A stretch of DNA of 63,784 nt, the filler included, from Intoshia linei (taxonomy: Eukaryota > Animalia > Orthonectida), in assembly GCA_001642005.1 (NCBI GenBank). It is 6 parts of 6 records of this genome, joined end to end, with 100 filler letters (N's around TTAATTAATTAA, not from the genome) between each part and the next. Parts side by side here need not be neighbours in the genome. Positions count along the whole stretch, not along the records: positions 12,878 to 35,934 come from LWCA01000581.1; positions 36,035 to 53,103 come from LWCA01000815.1; 4 more parts are not named here. One strand, 5' to 3'. Positions 27,358-39,100 of this stretch are shown here, in pieces (the first letter of the stretch is position 1; every line of letters begins with the position of its first letter). Under the pieces are notes generated by a model. That model worked only from the letters and a program-made list of their open reading frames with translations, was not told where the DNA came from and made no database searches. The translations under genes were made by a program, and so were the position numbers.

Positions 27358-29713
27358 ATGTCAGTTCAAAACCCAAAAGATATAGGTTAGTTTAAAATGT
27401 ACATCCATTATTTATTTTCAAATTCTAAAGGATGGATGTATCACAGTGCAGATGATCAACCAAAAACATCTCCATTAGTTGAAAATAATGAGTCGAAGGA
27501 GTCTGAAATAATAATTGATATGCCTCCAAAAAAAAACTACATTAAAGATCATGACAGTCCATACATTCGTTTAGCCAAAGTCGGAGGAAGGAAAGATTTA
27601 CTTTGGGCTAAAGAATTAGCTAAAGAACCAGAACGAAAACCTGTTTCTTATCCGCGTGTTGATTGGTTTTATTTAGAAGATAATGCATGTGAGGATAGAC
27701 AGAGTGTTATCAAAGAAGATCGGTAGTGTATATTTTTATAATTAGCAACAATTATGATTGTTGTATTTAAAAATGAATACAAAACTTGACAATCATTTAT
27801 ATATTATGAGAAAATGACACTCATCATTATTGTATCGTAAAGAATTATTTTTTAAATTATAGTTCATATATCCGTAATTTTTGACTCAATAATGATATTT
27901 CAAAATATTGTATACATGTGTATAATTCGAGAATAAAATAATACCTTGTGTAATACACAATGTGTATTTTTATAAATATTGAAAAAAGTGACAAAACTAA
28001 ATGATACGATACACCCGGTATTTAATTACCCGTAAATTTTTATTTAGTGGACTCTTACATACAATGTGTATCTCAGTAAATAACTCGAATTAAAAAACTA
28101 AAATAAACAGACAATAGTAAACAATTAAGTTAGTATACATAATTTAATATACTAATTGTAATTATAATTTATCCGTCATTTGCATTATATGTATTCTTTT
28201 TTTGAAATCAGTGACTATAATTTAATTAAAAAAATCAAACATAATAAATGAACATTTAAATTTGAAAATCTATGGTTATAAAATATTTTGAATTAATGCT
28301 ATTTAAAATTAAATTAAATGACGAAATGTACTATAGTGTATCTAAATTTTAATATTAAAATTACTTAGATTTTATAATTATCAGTAAAAAAGTGTACGAT
28401 AAATATTATATTATATGACTTAATTTTCCTTTTATATTTTAATGCAAAATATTAGGTGAAAAATGGTAAATGCGTTTTAACCAGTGAAATTTAGAATAAG
28501 TAATCTAAAAAAAAAATTGTAAAAATCTTTGGCTGATATTGTAGTTAAGGCATTTGATGATAACATTTATAAAAACATTTTGTCAACAATTAATGGTTGG
28601 TTTGTTAGATTTTGAAAAGGCTAAATTTAGATTAGCAAGAGTGTCAATTTATTGAAAATTTGAGAATTATTGAACTATTTTTTAACACGCAGACACAGAG
28701 ACGAACAAACCGTACCGATACCCTTTTATTGGGGTAGGGAGTTGGGACTAAATGAAATTTTTGTAAAATAGAGGGATCATGTTTCCACATCGAATTTCTT
28801 GAGATATGTTTTTGAATATTTTTTGAGTTAAATTTAAAATGTCACTCAAGACCCTTGAAGATGTGGATAGGGAATATGTGACATTACGGATCGTTTTTAG
28901 TAAACTATTTTTCATTTTCGGTGCCTTCAAGCTTGGTAGGTTCATATTTGCGCAAACATACAATTTTAGCATTTTATTTCATACACTTGTATATTAATAT
29001 TTTATCAACATTTGTAATATATAACTGAATTACTGTTGATTCATATATTTAGACATCAGCCAAAATTACCTAGTTATATGGTGCACGAAGGTCAAGAAAA
29101 TATGGGTGACTATGAACAAAAATTGTCTACGGTTCAAAGAGGGAAAGAGAAACGTGAAAGAATTAAAAAAGAGACTGAGTATCAAAAGGAACCGGAAATT
29201 ATATCTCCCAAAAATGAAAAAAGATTTGAAAAATTTAAACTAAAGCAAAATAAAGAAAAGTAATTGACAATAATTAATTTTAATTGTTTTCATTTCAGAT
29301 ATGTGAAAACAATGATGTCTGAGCATGCTAAAAATCGTCAAATCAGAATTCAAATGCAACAAAAAGCTACTTCGAGTGTTATATTTTCTAATAATACTGA
29401 ATCCAAATCTAATACTTACGCTACAGAATACAAAGATTCCATGACTAAAAAAAATTCTAATAAGTAAACTGTTTTTTAGTTTTTTTGGTAAACATTGTTT
29501 TTTAGGCAATTTAAGATTAAAACTAAAAAAGATGAGGAAAATGAAATTAAAATACAAAATGGAAATGGAAACGAAGAAAATGGATTAATAGAAAGTGAAA
29601 ATATTGAAATATGCCAACAAAATGATTTTAAAAAAGATGAAAATTGCCAACAAAATGATTTTAAAAAAGATGGAAATTGCCATCAAAACGATAATAATGA
29701 GAATCAAACATAA
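27358..29713 (+). CDS. C7orf57: C7orf57-like (DUF5524) protein; join(27358..27385,27431..27722,29053..29259,29299..29463,29506..29713)
   Basis: YIKDHDSPYIRLAKVGGRKDLL...PVSYPRVDWF...LPSYMVHE versus human [22 protein letters not shown]...PVAYSLPDWY...MPDYMVYE. GT-AG introns with consistent phases. Confidence 0.8.
29609..29690 (+). repeat. 33-bp coding tandem repeat (CQQNDFKKDEN, ~2.5 copies)
   Basis: tgccaacaaaatgattttaaaaaagatg repeated at 33-bp spacing. Confidence 0.85.
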
Positions 29714-30503
29714 TTTGAATAGTACTTTACAAAAATAAATGTGTATAGAAACTAATCAAATTTTAAAATAAAATATAAATTAATTTTGAAAATTTTAATT
29801 CTTTTTTGCCAATTTTTTATGCCATGATAGATAGGCGGTATTAACGGCTTGGTAGAGCCTTGTCACGTCAGTTATGCATTTTTAGGGTGTTGTCTTACAA
29901 CTATCTCTAGAAATCTAACAAAATAATGTATACCAAAGAAGAACAATATTAAAGTCTTAGCCTTATTATTCAACAATATCCTTTCAAATATGTTTAACCG
30001 ATCCCAACAATAGTCTCTAAAAATAACATTACAAAAATCATTCATCAGCTCAATATTCCGTATAATCAACATAGAAAATTAATAACAGTAAAATACTGTA
30101 TATTAGGGTTTCCTCACTTTCTCATCGCGGCGTAATTTACTATAAAAATTTTTGCTGCCACTAAAATGAAATTACTACAAATGTCAATTTACTAATGTAT
30201 ACAAAATTAAAAAATAGGTCAATATAAATTTAATAATTTTTAATTTCAAAAAATTTTTCCATGATCAGGGATGTGGAAACCACTGTATCACATATAGTAA
30301 CTATATGATTCATATACTATATTGCATTCTTATAACATAATATACAATGTATATTATACATATAATAAACAAAATAATAAAATAAAGTTACCTTTTAATT
30401 ATAACCAATGAAAAATTTAATTTTAATTGATCAATTCAAATTGTCGTAAATATGAAAATTTAAATTTTACAACGAATCAAAAAGGATTTTTTCGTTTATA
30501 AAT

Positions 30504-32914
30504 ATGGAAAAATCAACACTCCTCAACCGAACAGTTAACCTTGTAAACGAATTGCAAATGGCACTATATTGTCATGATTGGCATTTAGTATCAAGAATAA
30601 TGAGAAATGTGGTTTTAGATGGCAGACACACCTCCAATATTATTTTTAGAGTATATTTCTATAGATTATTTGCTAAAAATTGAATTTAAGATTTCAAAAA
30701 AACAAATATTACGTTCCTTTTTAAATTTACAGTATATAGAACAATTCATATACACTAACTACAGTAGCTAAATGTTTTTATTAACGATTTTCTCTCCTAA
30801 CTAGGAAATTAACTGTATAATGTCATATAGTCCATAGCCATTTCTCTAATGCTCTTGACTTGACATTTTAGATTTAATACAAAATACTTATATTATAGTT
30901 TTTTAAATATAATTTTTTTAATGATCAATTTGGAAAAATAGGGCACCGAAGAAATATCTCGGGCAAGGTAGATTCTGCTCTGGGGCGACCCCATCTATAC
31001 ATTGAAGGATAATTTTCCTGATTTATAATTATTTTGAAATTTCAATTTCTTGTCAAATTTTCGTATACTGATTGGAATATTTTAATATAATATATTTTTT
31101 TGATATTATATAGGTTGGTTTACATTTATATGCTGTAGATGAAAATTTTGATGAAAATTCATTTTCGGAGATGACTCAATTTGTAAAGTAATATATTTAA
31201 AATTTTTTTTTAAATTCAAAATTGTAGTGAACTAAGGAGACACCGCAGTATAAATATTTATGAACTAGTATTGAAAAGTGCCTTGATTTTAATGTGGAAA
31301 TATGATCTGTTGGAAGCTGTAAATTTATTGCAGGTTCGGATTATTTATTGATTACGTATATGGATCCATGTTTTTATTCAAAAAATTGGTTAGATAAGGA
31401 ACAGAAAGTTAGTACAAAAATAATTTTAGCTTTTAATTTAAAATTTAAATCATCTTTTTAATTTTTAAAAATACGAAATTACTCTAATTCTAAACATTAT
31501 TTTTTAAACATCTAAAATTGTTCATACTTTGATCCACCGAGTAAAGTAAACTTACCGAAAAAGTTGATGGATATGCACCGGGGTAGAGGATTGGCGAACT
31601 GTATACAGAATAATGTATAGTGCAGTGAATGAATCGTAATTTGCAAATTCTAGAAACAAATAAAACCATCTGTTAGTCAAAAGTTATCAAATCTAAACGT
31701 TTTTTACAACAAAAAATTGATAATGTATACTGGCTTAGTAAATTATGCTCTCTGGATTCAAACGACAGAAAAAGTCCACGCAAAACGTGCAATCGATTAT
31801 TTCGAATCGTTACATTCAACTACATTTACAGATGAAAATTGTTTAATTTTTACACCTTTTCTTTTGAAATATGTTCATATTTTGTTGCACTTTGAAAAAC
31901 ACGATAATATTGTTCAAATTTTAAATCAATTTGTCGAGAATAGTTATGGCATGGATAAAACTTATTCCTTAAAAATGTTGTTACATGTTTACAAATATGA
32001 TTCATCAAAATTGAAATGTGAAAATTTGGAAAATATTTCAATATGCTTAGAAGTAATTGTTCATACATTAAAAGTGGTATTGGTTTTTGTCGGTTACTGT
32101 TTTGGCATACAACAATTATTATAATCCAGTATTTTAAATTTGACGTTATTTACACGACTCTTGAAATTGTGAAGTTTACTTCTATAAGAATATCAGAGTA
32201 TATATTTTTTTAAATTTCGAACTCGTTTGATTTTCAATAAAAAGGATAATTGGGATTTTTAACCTGTAAGATGTGAGTTTGGGAGGGTGAAATTTATTTT
32301 TCTAACACCCGGAAAAAACTGTAATTGAAATGTGGACTTTATAAAATTCTAAGACTGGTGGTTATTGAAATAAACGGTAACACACACAAACAAATATGGC
32401 ATAGTATATTATATAAGTAAGGATTGTACCTCGTTTTCAATTTTTGGCTGTATATAAAATTTAACTTAAAATTTCACACATAAAATTTACTGGACGTACT
32501 ATATGGTTGAAAAACACTGATTTAGAAAATAAAAAGTGAAAATAATAGTTGATCAATTATTATGTGTTAATTTGATATATTATTATTGTAGAAACTCGTC
32601 AAAATGAATCTGTATGATAAATATACCTTACATTTTTGTCAATTGGATAATGCAGAAAAATTCCAACAATTAGTTTATATTATGGAATATATAGATATTA
32701 ATCATTGTAAAGATTTAAAAGTTTGGAAAAGATTGGACAATTTATTGGACTTGACTAAAAAGTACAAATATTTTGAAACTTATTTAATTTTAATTATAAT
32801 TTTAGTTTACCATATTTAAAAGAAAAATTAAACAACCATATTACTACTCACAGATATCATTGGAAAAGTTTTTATAATTTACCAAGATTTCTTAAAAATA
32901 GTCATTTTTTTTGA
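30504..32914 (+). CDS. TAF1A: TAF1A-like (SL1/TIF-IB subunit TAFI48), 6 exons
   Basis: ELQMALYCHDW, NIIFRVG, MYTGLVNYALW, PFLLKYVHILLHF, YIDINHCKDLKVWKRL and RYHWKSFY are collinear with human TAF1A (IQEALLKHQW, EIIWKLG, AYKGLLQYYTW, PFVKSYVEMLEFY, VLDFAGCTKNITAWKYL, RKNWWPGFH). Exons ~30504-30650, 31113-31186, 31228-31333, 31654-32076, 32593-32761, 32805-32914. Confidence 0.7.
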
Positions 32915-33528
32915 TACATGCATTTATTAATTGTATATTAAACCTAAAACCTTTTGAAAATAAATTCTTAACCAATAACAAAAATTATAATGTAACCAAT
33001 AGAACCAACATTTTAAATTACTAAATTTTAGCATTTTCTTATTTTAAAATTCATGGAAACTTTTTTAGAGCATTCAAAACAATTTAATTACGTTCATAGT
33101 TTATAGTAATTTTATTTACCAATATTATGGTAATGTCATTTATATTTCAAAATGTATACACAAAATTAAATTTGCAAAGTCGTTAAATTAAGCAGCTTTG
33201 GAACAAAAAATTTTAAAAAAATCTGAAATTCGGACATTTTTTACCACTATATGTGTTGTATACTTAATATGCAGTAGTTGGAAAATATAAAAATGCTAAC
33301 AAATTTCAAATGTTAGCACACGCATAGTGTTAACATACAGTAAAAATTAAATTGATTAAGGCCAAATAGTTATTAAATTAATTCACTTCAAAAGAAATAT
33401 AGAGTAAAGAGTAGACCATTAGTAGTACATTCATAAAGTTAAACAAATAATTTACATTTATTAATATAAATTAAATATACAAAAACCTCTAGATTTTCCA
33501 TGTTGGAATAATACTCGATACTTTAATT

Positions 33529-34281
33529 TCATTGAGAATTGTAAAAATAATAGGTAAAGGTTCTACCCTCCTTAAATCTAGATCGAATATTCCAGATTTT
33601 TTCCCATTCCTTTTTTATAATATATACATCGTTACAAGGTATATATTGAGAAGAAAATACAAACTGATTCAATGGTACTGTCGATTGTAATTTAGAAACT
33701 AGAGCAATAATAAAATCACGACTATAATGACTTTTATAATTACAATTATCCAACACAAGTTGTTGTAAAAAAGGTAATCGATAGCAGCTAAATTTTAAAA
33801 TTTGAGTAATATTAACCAATTCAATAAACGGACAAGACGACAAATGTAAACATTTTAAATTAAATTTTGGAAATACATGCAACATTTTTTCAATGTGAAT
33901 TGAAGAGAATGGATAATTATTCATTCTTAAATCAATTAAATCAAATCCGGAATCTGCATAATTTTCAAGATTTGATAATATTGGTAATATTAAATCATTT
34001 GCCAAGTTGCTTATATCCAAAGTGTCGATTTCAAGTTTTGAATAAATTAGACAATTTATAAAGGCTTCGAAATATTTCCCCGATATCTTATTTTCGCTGA
34101 TATTTATATAGTGTAGCTTTTTACAGTTTTCAAGTACATTTTTGGTTGTAAATAAATATTCTAATCCACATTTTGATATTTCCAATCTTTCAACATTTGG
34201 AAGGAAAGTGAAGGAATTTAATAGATTTTTCATTCCATTATCTCCTATATCCAAGTTTCCATTTAATATTAATATTTTTAA
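33529..34281 (-). CDS. TONSL: Tonsoku-like protein, terminal exon (RI-like LRRs); upstream exons not seen
   Basis: LKILILNGNLDIGDNGMKNL...LPNVERLEISKCGL...LHYINISENKI...LHLSSCPFI...LQQLVLDNC follows the TONSL C-terminal LRR order. Phase-0 AG acceptor at 34283-34282. Confidence 0.6.
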   Translation of the reverse strand, partial: LKILILNGNLDIGDNGMKNLLNSFTFLPNVERLEISKCGLEYLFTTKNVLENCKKLHYINISENKISGKYFEAFINCLIYSKLEIDTLDISNLANDLILPILSNLENYADSGFDLIDLRMNNYPFSSIHIEKMLHVFPKFNLKCLHLSSCPFIELVNITQILKFSCYRLPFLQQLVLDNCNYKSHYSRDFIIALVSKLQSTVPLNQFVFSSQYIPCNDVYIIKKEWEKIWNIRSRFKEGRTFTYYFYNSQ

Positions 34282-34499
34282 CTAGTAAATAATAATTATC
34301 AAGAGTAATACTGGCTAATTCCTCGTTAACGGATTTTTTTATAAATAATGTATACATTAAAACAGTGGTTCCCGATTGTAGTCCAAAGTTATATGCCTGG
34401 GGTCCGTGAAATTCAAATAAAATATAGAAAAATTTTCATCAACTTTTGATTATTTTTATAGGATAACTAGCTTGGCAGTTTTGTACTAAATTCTATTAT

Positions 34500-35934
34500 T
34501 AACTATTATCAATCCTTTGTTTTGTTAACATTGGCGTAAAGAATTTAAAAACAATTGTTATCCCATTTTTTTAATTTATTAGACAGAATGTGTGTATAAT
34601 ATTAAAAATAAAGTAAAAACAGTCCAATCCTAAAAATTGTCATAAATAGCATAAATTCCAAAAAAATAAAATTAGTCCAATACTAAAAATTGTCATAAAG
34701 GTGTGAGTTTTGGAAATTGAAATTTATATTATTATATGTAAAAATTGTCATAAATAGCATAAATTCCAGAAAAAATAAAATTAAGAAACCTATTTTGTCA
34801 TTTTCAATGTGATGACATATATTCAGTATCAATTTAATAAATAAATCCTAAAAATTGTCATAAATAGCATAAATTCCAGAAAAAATAAAATTATAAACTA
34901 TTGTAGCGTTGCTATAACTTTTACGTGTATATAACATCTGTATCAATATTGACATTGAGACTTCTCAAAGTCACTTTTACAAATATACTCTGTGAGAAAC
35001 TTAAATTTATAATTTCTTATTACAAATAAATTATTAGACCTATGTCACTACACATATTTTGTCATTTTCAATGTGATGACATATATTCAGTATCAATTTA
35101 ATAAATACTTAAAAATACCAATTGTGTATACATAATTAATTGAATCTTCACTTTATAAATATTTCAGTCGAATTTTACCATTATTGCAAAGGATTGTAAT
35201 ATCAAAATGATTGATGTTAAAAATTTTTCCATACTTTTGGCCTTTTTTCTTGTGAATGTTACTTTTTTTTTTATCATTTTATGATAAATTTGTAACAATT
35301 ATCAATAAAAAAAATAACGTTTCAGTTAATATAAATTTAATTTTATAAATTCGTTGCTGTAGTGTTAAAATTTGAAGATTATAAAAAATGTTTAAAAATT
35401 AAAATTAAAAATTGCGAAGGAATGAATTATATAGATTTTCACCCATATGTCTTCATTGNNNNNNNNNNNAAAAATGATTGATGTTAAAAATTTTTCCATA
35501 CTTTTGGCCTTTTTTCTTGTGAATGTTACTTTTTTTTTTATCATTTTATGATAAATTTGTAACAATTATCAATAAAAAAAATAACGTTTCAGTTAATATA
35601 AATTTAATTTTATAAATTCGTTGCTGTAGTGTTAAAATTTGAAGATTATAAAAAATGTTTAAAAATTAAAATTAAAAATTGCGAAGGAATGAATTATATA
35701 GATTTTCACCCATATGTCTTCATTGGAAATGTGTAGACGTACAATAAACATTTTTTTTGAAATTGTAGGATCAATATTTACATTTTCAATTTTTGATTTT
35801 AATCAAAATATTTGTAAAATATTATTTGATAATATATTAAAAATTATTTTTCAACGGGAATGCGTAGATTTCTGGGCTTGAAATTTTGTATTTATATCAA
35901 CTGGAATAAGCTCTATCAGAATAACCTTTTTTTT
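34500..35934 (+). repeat. Copy of abundant non-coding dispersed repeat family A, with internal duplications
   Basis: Shared blocks ttatcccattttttaatttattagacagaatgtgtgtataat, ttttcaatgtgatgacatatattcagtatcaat and gcgaaggaatgaattatatagattttcacccatat. Related copies at 9650-11945 (reverse), 12500-12777, 16595-16870, 22727-22870 and 54659-55430. Confidence 0.8.
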
Positions 35935-36198
35935 NNNNNNNNNNNNNNNNNNNNNNNNNNNNNNNNNNNNNNNNNNNNTTAATTAATTAANNNNNNNNNN
36001 NNNNNNNNNNNNNNNNNNNNNNNNNNNNNNNNNNAGGATACTGAATATATTTCGTCACATTACAAAGATAGAAATATTTTTATATATAATTTTATTTTTT
36101 CTTGGATTTGTTATTAATGAATATCTTTAGATTTGTAATAATATACATTGTATAACTTGAACACGAATTTAAAGATACATGATAAATAAAATGTAAAA

Positions 36199-39100
36199 TT
36201 AATGTATTTTTACAGATATTCCGGTGGATAATAAAATAATATTTATATATTGCACAATAGACGACTTGTAGTAAGATAATTTCTCCTAAATAACGAATTA
36301 ACTATTAATTCCATGCATCATTGCTAATATAAAATTAGTATACATCACCTCATTTTTTATATTTTCAATCTTTAATTTAAATCCAATATCAGATATACGA
36401 TTTGAATTGTAAAAAACTACAACAGTATTTTTAAATTGCAACTAAATTAAATGTATATATGGATGTAAATAAATATATTACCGATATAGATGAAACAAAT
36501 TGCAAATATCTCTTCAGCGTGAATTTCAATGTCATTGCATCAGTAAACGATACAGTAAAATCAAAAAATTGGGATTTCATCAAAATTGGAGTAATTAAAA
36601 CTTGCTAAAATGAAAAATAAATAATGATAAATATTAATTATACATAAAAAGGTAAAATTTGCATTTCTGATTTTAAGTTGATAAATTGTTTATAAATAGA
36701 AAGACAAATGGTGGATAAAATATTAATTTGACCAGGTGATGGTTTCTCCTTTGTATACAACAATCCAGAATCGTCAATTGATGATAAAATGTATATTCGA
36801 GACAGCTTAAATTGTTTCTTGGATTCCATGAAAGAATTCATACATTTTTTTTTGGTTTCCTCTAAATTAAAAGTCAACTAAAATTTAGTCTAAATGACAC
36901 AAAAATGATTAGTATTTTTTGTAATTAAAATAACAAAATTACCGAGCAAAGTGTCATTAAAATTCACATATAGTGTTCTTTTTTTCCAGTCAAAACTGAA
37001 CATTAGTTTTAAAAACCTCATAAAGATGGTAAAGCAAGATCTAATCAAAAATATTAAATACGCGATACAATTAAATATATCCTTAAATTTTTATCCATCA
37101 AATATTCCATGTAAAATTAAGAAATTTTCAATTTAATTAGCTCTACAAATTGAACAACAAAATTAACAAACTTACGTGGCTTTATGTACTGGAAAATTTT
37201 CTATATACAGAGATGCAATCAGTAATTCAATGGCTGAATTTTCGAAAATATTGGATAACATTTGATATGCGAGAAATCTTTTTATAATTCGTACGGATTG
37301 GCAATATGTATCATATGTGGTACTGATACTAAACAAGCTTATGTATTCGTTAGTTATTTATTTACAAATAACTTATTATTATGTGTCATGCATTAGGTTT
37401 GGAGCTTTCCGAACCGTGCCGTTAAATACAGGAATTTTCAAAAATTAAAGGTGATACAGTAATATAAAAATCGCTGAAAATCAAAGTTGTCTTAATTTCT
37501 CATTTAAAAGAACTATAACGTAGAATTACATGTTGTTTACGTTCAGATAAAAATTCTAATTATTTACATGAAAAAATTTTTCACCGTTGAATTTCCTATG
37601 TAAATTTAAAAATTGTTTATGCTAAAGCCCTGATTATTTTCAATTATTGAAATAATAATATAAATAATGTATTAGTTCCTATCAAAATGCATATGAAAGT
37701 AATGGGACTTAAGTTAATAACTAGAGTCCAAAATATTTAATTACCAGTTTATATAATTGTAAAACTTGTCCAAATTGGCTAGTTTATAAACATAGGAATT
37801 GGATAGGTTTGTTGTATCAAGGTGACCTTTGTTTTCCATCATTTTAATCATTTTTTCGTTGGTAAAAACCAAATTAAATGTGTAATTTTCCTAAAATAAT
37901 TAATTCAACAATACATTATATTAACGTAAAATCAATACAGGTATCCCTCGGTTAACGCGAAATTCGGTTAACTCGGTGTTTTGTTTTGTGTCACTTGCTT
38001 AATTAACGCGGTAAAAAATGAATTTAACGCGAATTTTAATATATTTATAAAAAAAATTTTAAAAATGGGATCCCTTCAAGTTGTCACAATATTACCTAAT
38101 TTTTTAACTTTTGACATACGTTTTTTTCAGTTTTATCAAATAATAATTGTTAATCAACGTACATTTACTATTTTCACTATAGTACAACATAATGTACAAT
38201 GTACATAATTTTATACTAAAGCGATGATTACTATGGATAAAAGGGTCAAAAGAATAATAAAGGCCAAAAAAACACATATAAAAAGATACCCCACTATTCA
38301 TCTTTAACGGAGAGGAAAGTAAAGAAAAGAGTAAATTTTGCCTACCGCTGTGGGGTAACCTCACAAGGATAAAAGGGTCAAAAGAATGATAGAGGCCAAA
38401 ATTACACATATAAAAAGATACTCCGTTTAGGAACCACTAGCTAAAAAGAAACCAATTTGGAGGGAAAATCAACCAACCTGAAATTTTTATCTGAGTAATA
38501 AAATATACTCCAATTGAGCAGGTAAAATGTTCAACAACTCCAATAAGCCGTCAATTGTGTAACAAAAAAAAGAGAATCGTATGATTTGTATTTTATCTAT
38601 ATTAATGAATAATACATTTTAACATTTTGTCGGGACACCTCCAATGCTCAAATGGAAGATGTGGTTACTTCGTAGTCGGAGGTGCTGGGAGTGAAATTTT
38701 TGTGTATATGCCTTATTTAGCATATAATTGGGAAAATAAGTATAGTAAAAGTCTATGAAACTACGGCAACCCTGAGTTAAGGTCAAACAATCTACACACT
38801 ATTTACTTACATAAATTTTAAAGAAGCATGAAATACATGTATTGATTATTTTGAGTCTGTAACATAAAAGTGACTACATCGCAAAAACAATGTAGCAGTC
38901 GTTTAGACGTTGCAATAAAATCGTAATATTTGGCAACTCTGACTGAAAACAGTAGTCTGAAACCATTAGTCTAGCAATAAAATAAATAAATCCAATTTTA
39001 CCATATCAACATCAACAGAATAATTTTTAATTTTGACTTTCAAATTGTACTTTTTCTTTAAAATATCAGCGAATTTAATAAGATATGCCATCATAATTCT

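Noticed and set aside
34620-34900. Repeated aaaaattgtcataaatagcataaattcca units resembling a CRISPR array
   Set aside because: Eukaryotic context, irregular spacing, non-unique spacers and no cas genes; internal duplications of repeat family A.
35200-35727. Exact ~255-bp direct repeat
   Set aside because: Copies flank an N run (35459-35469); contig-overlap artefact.
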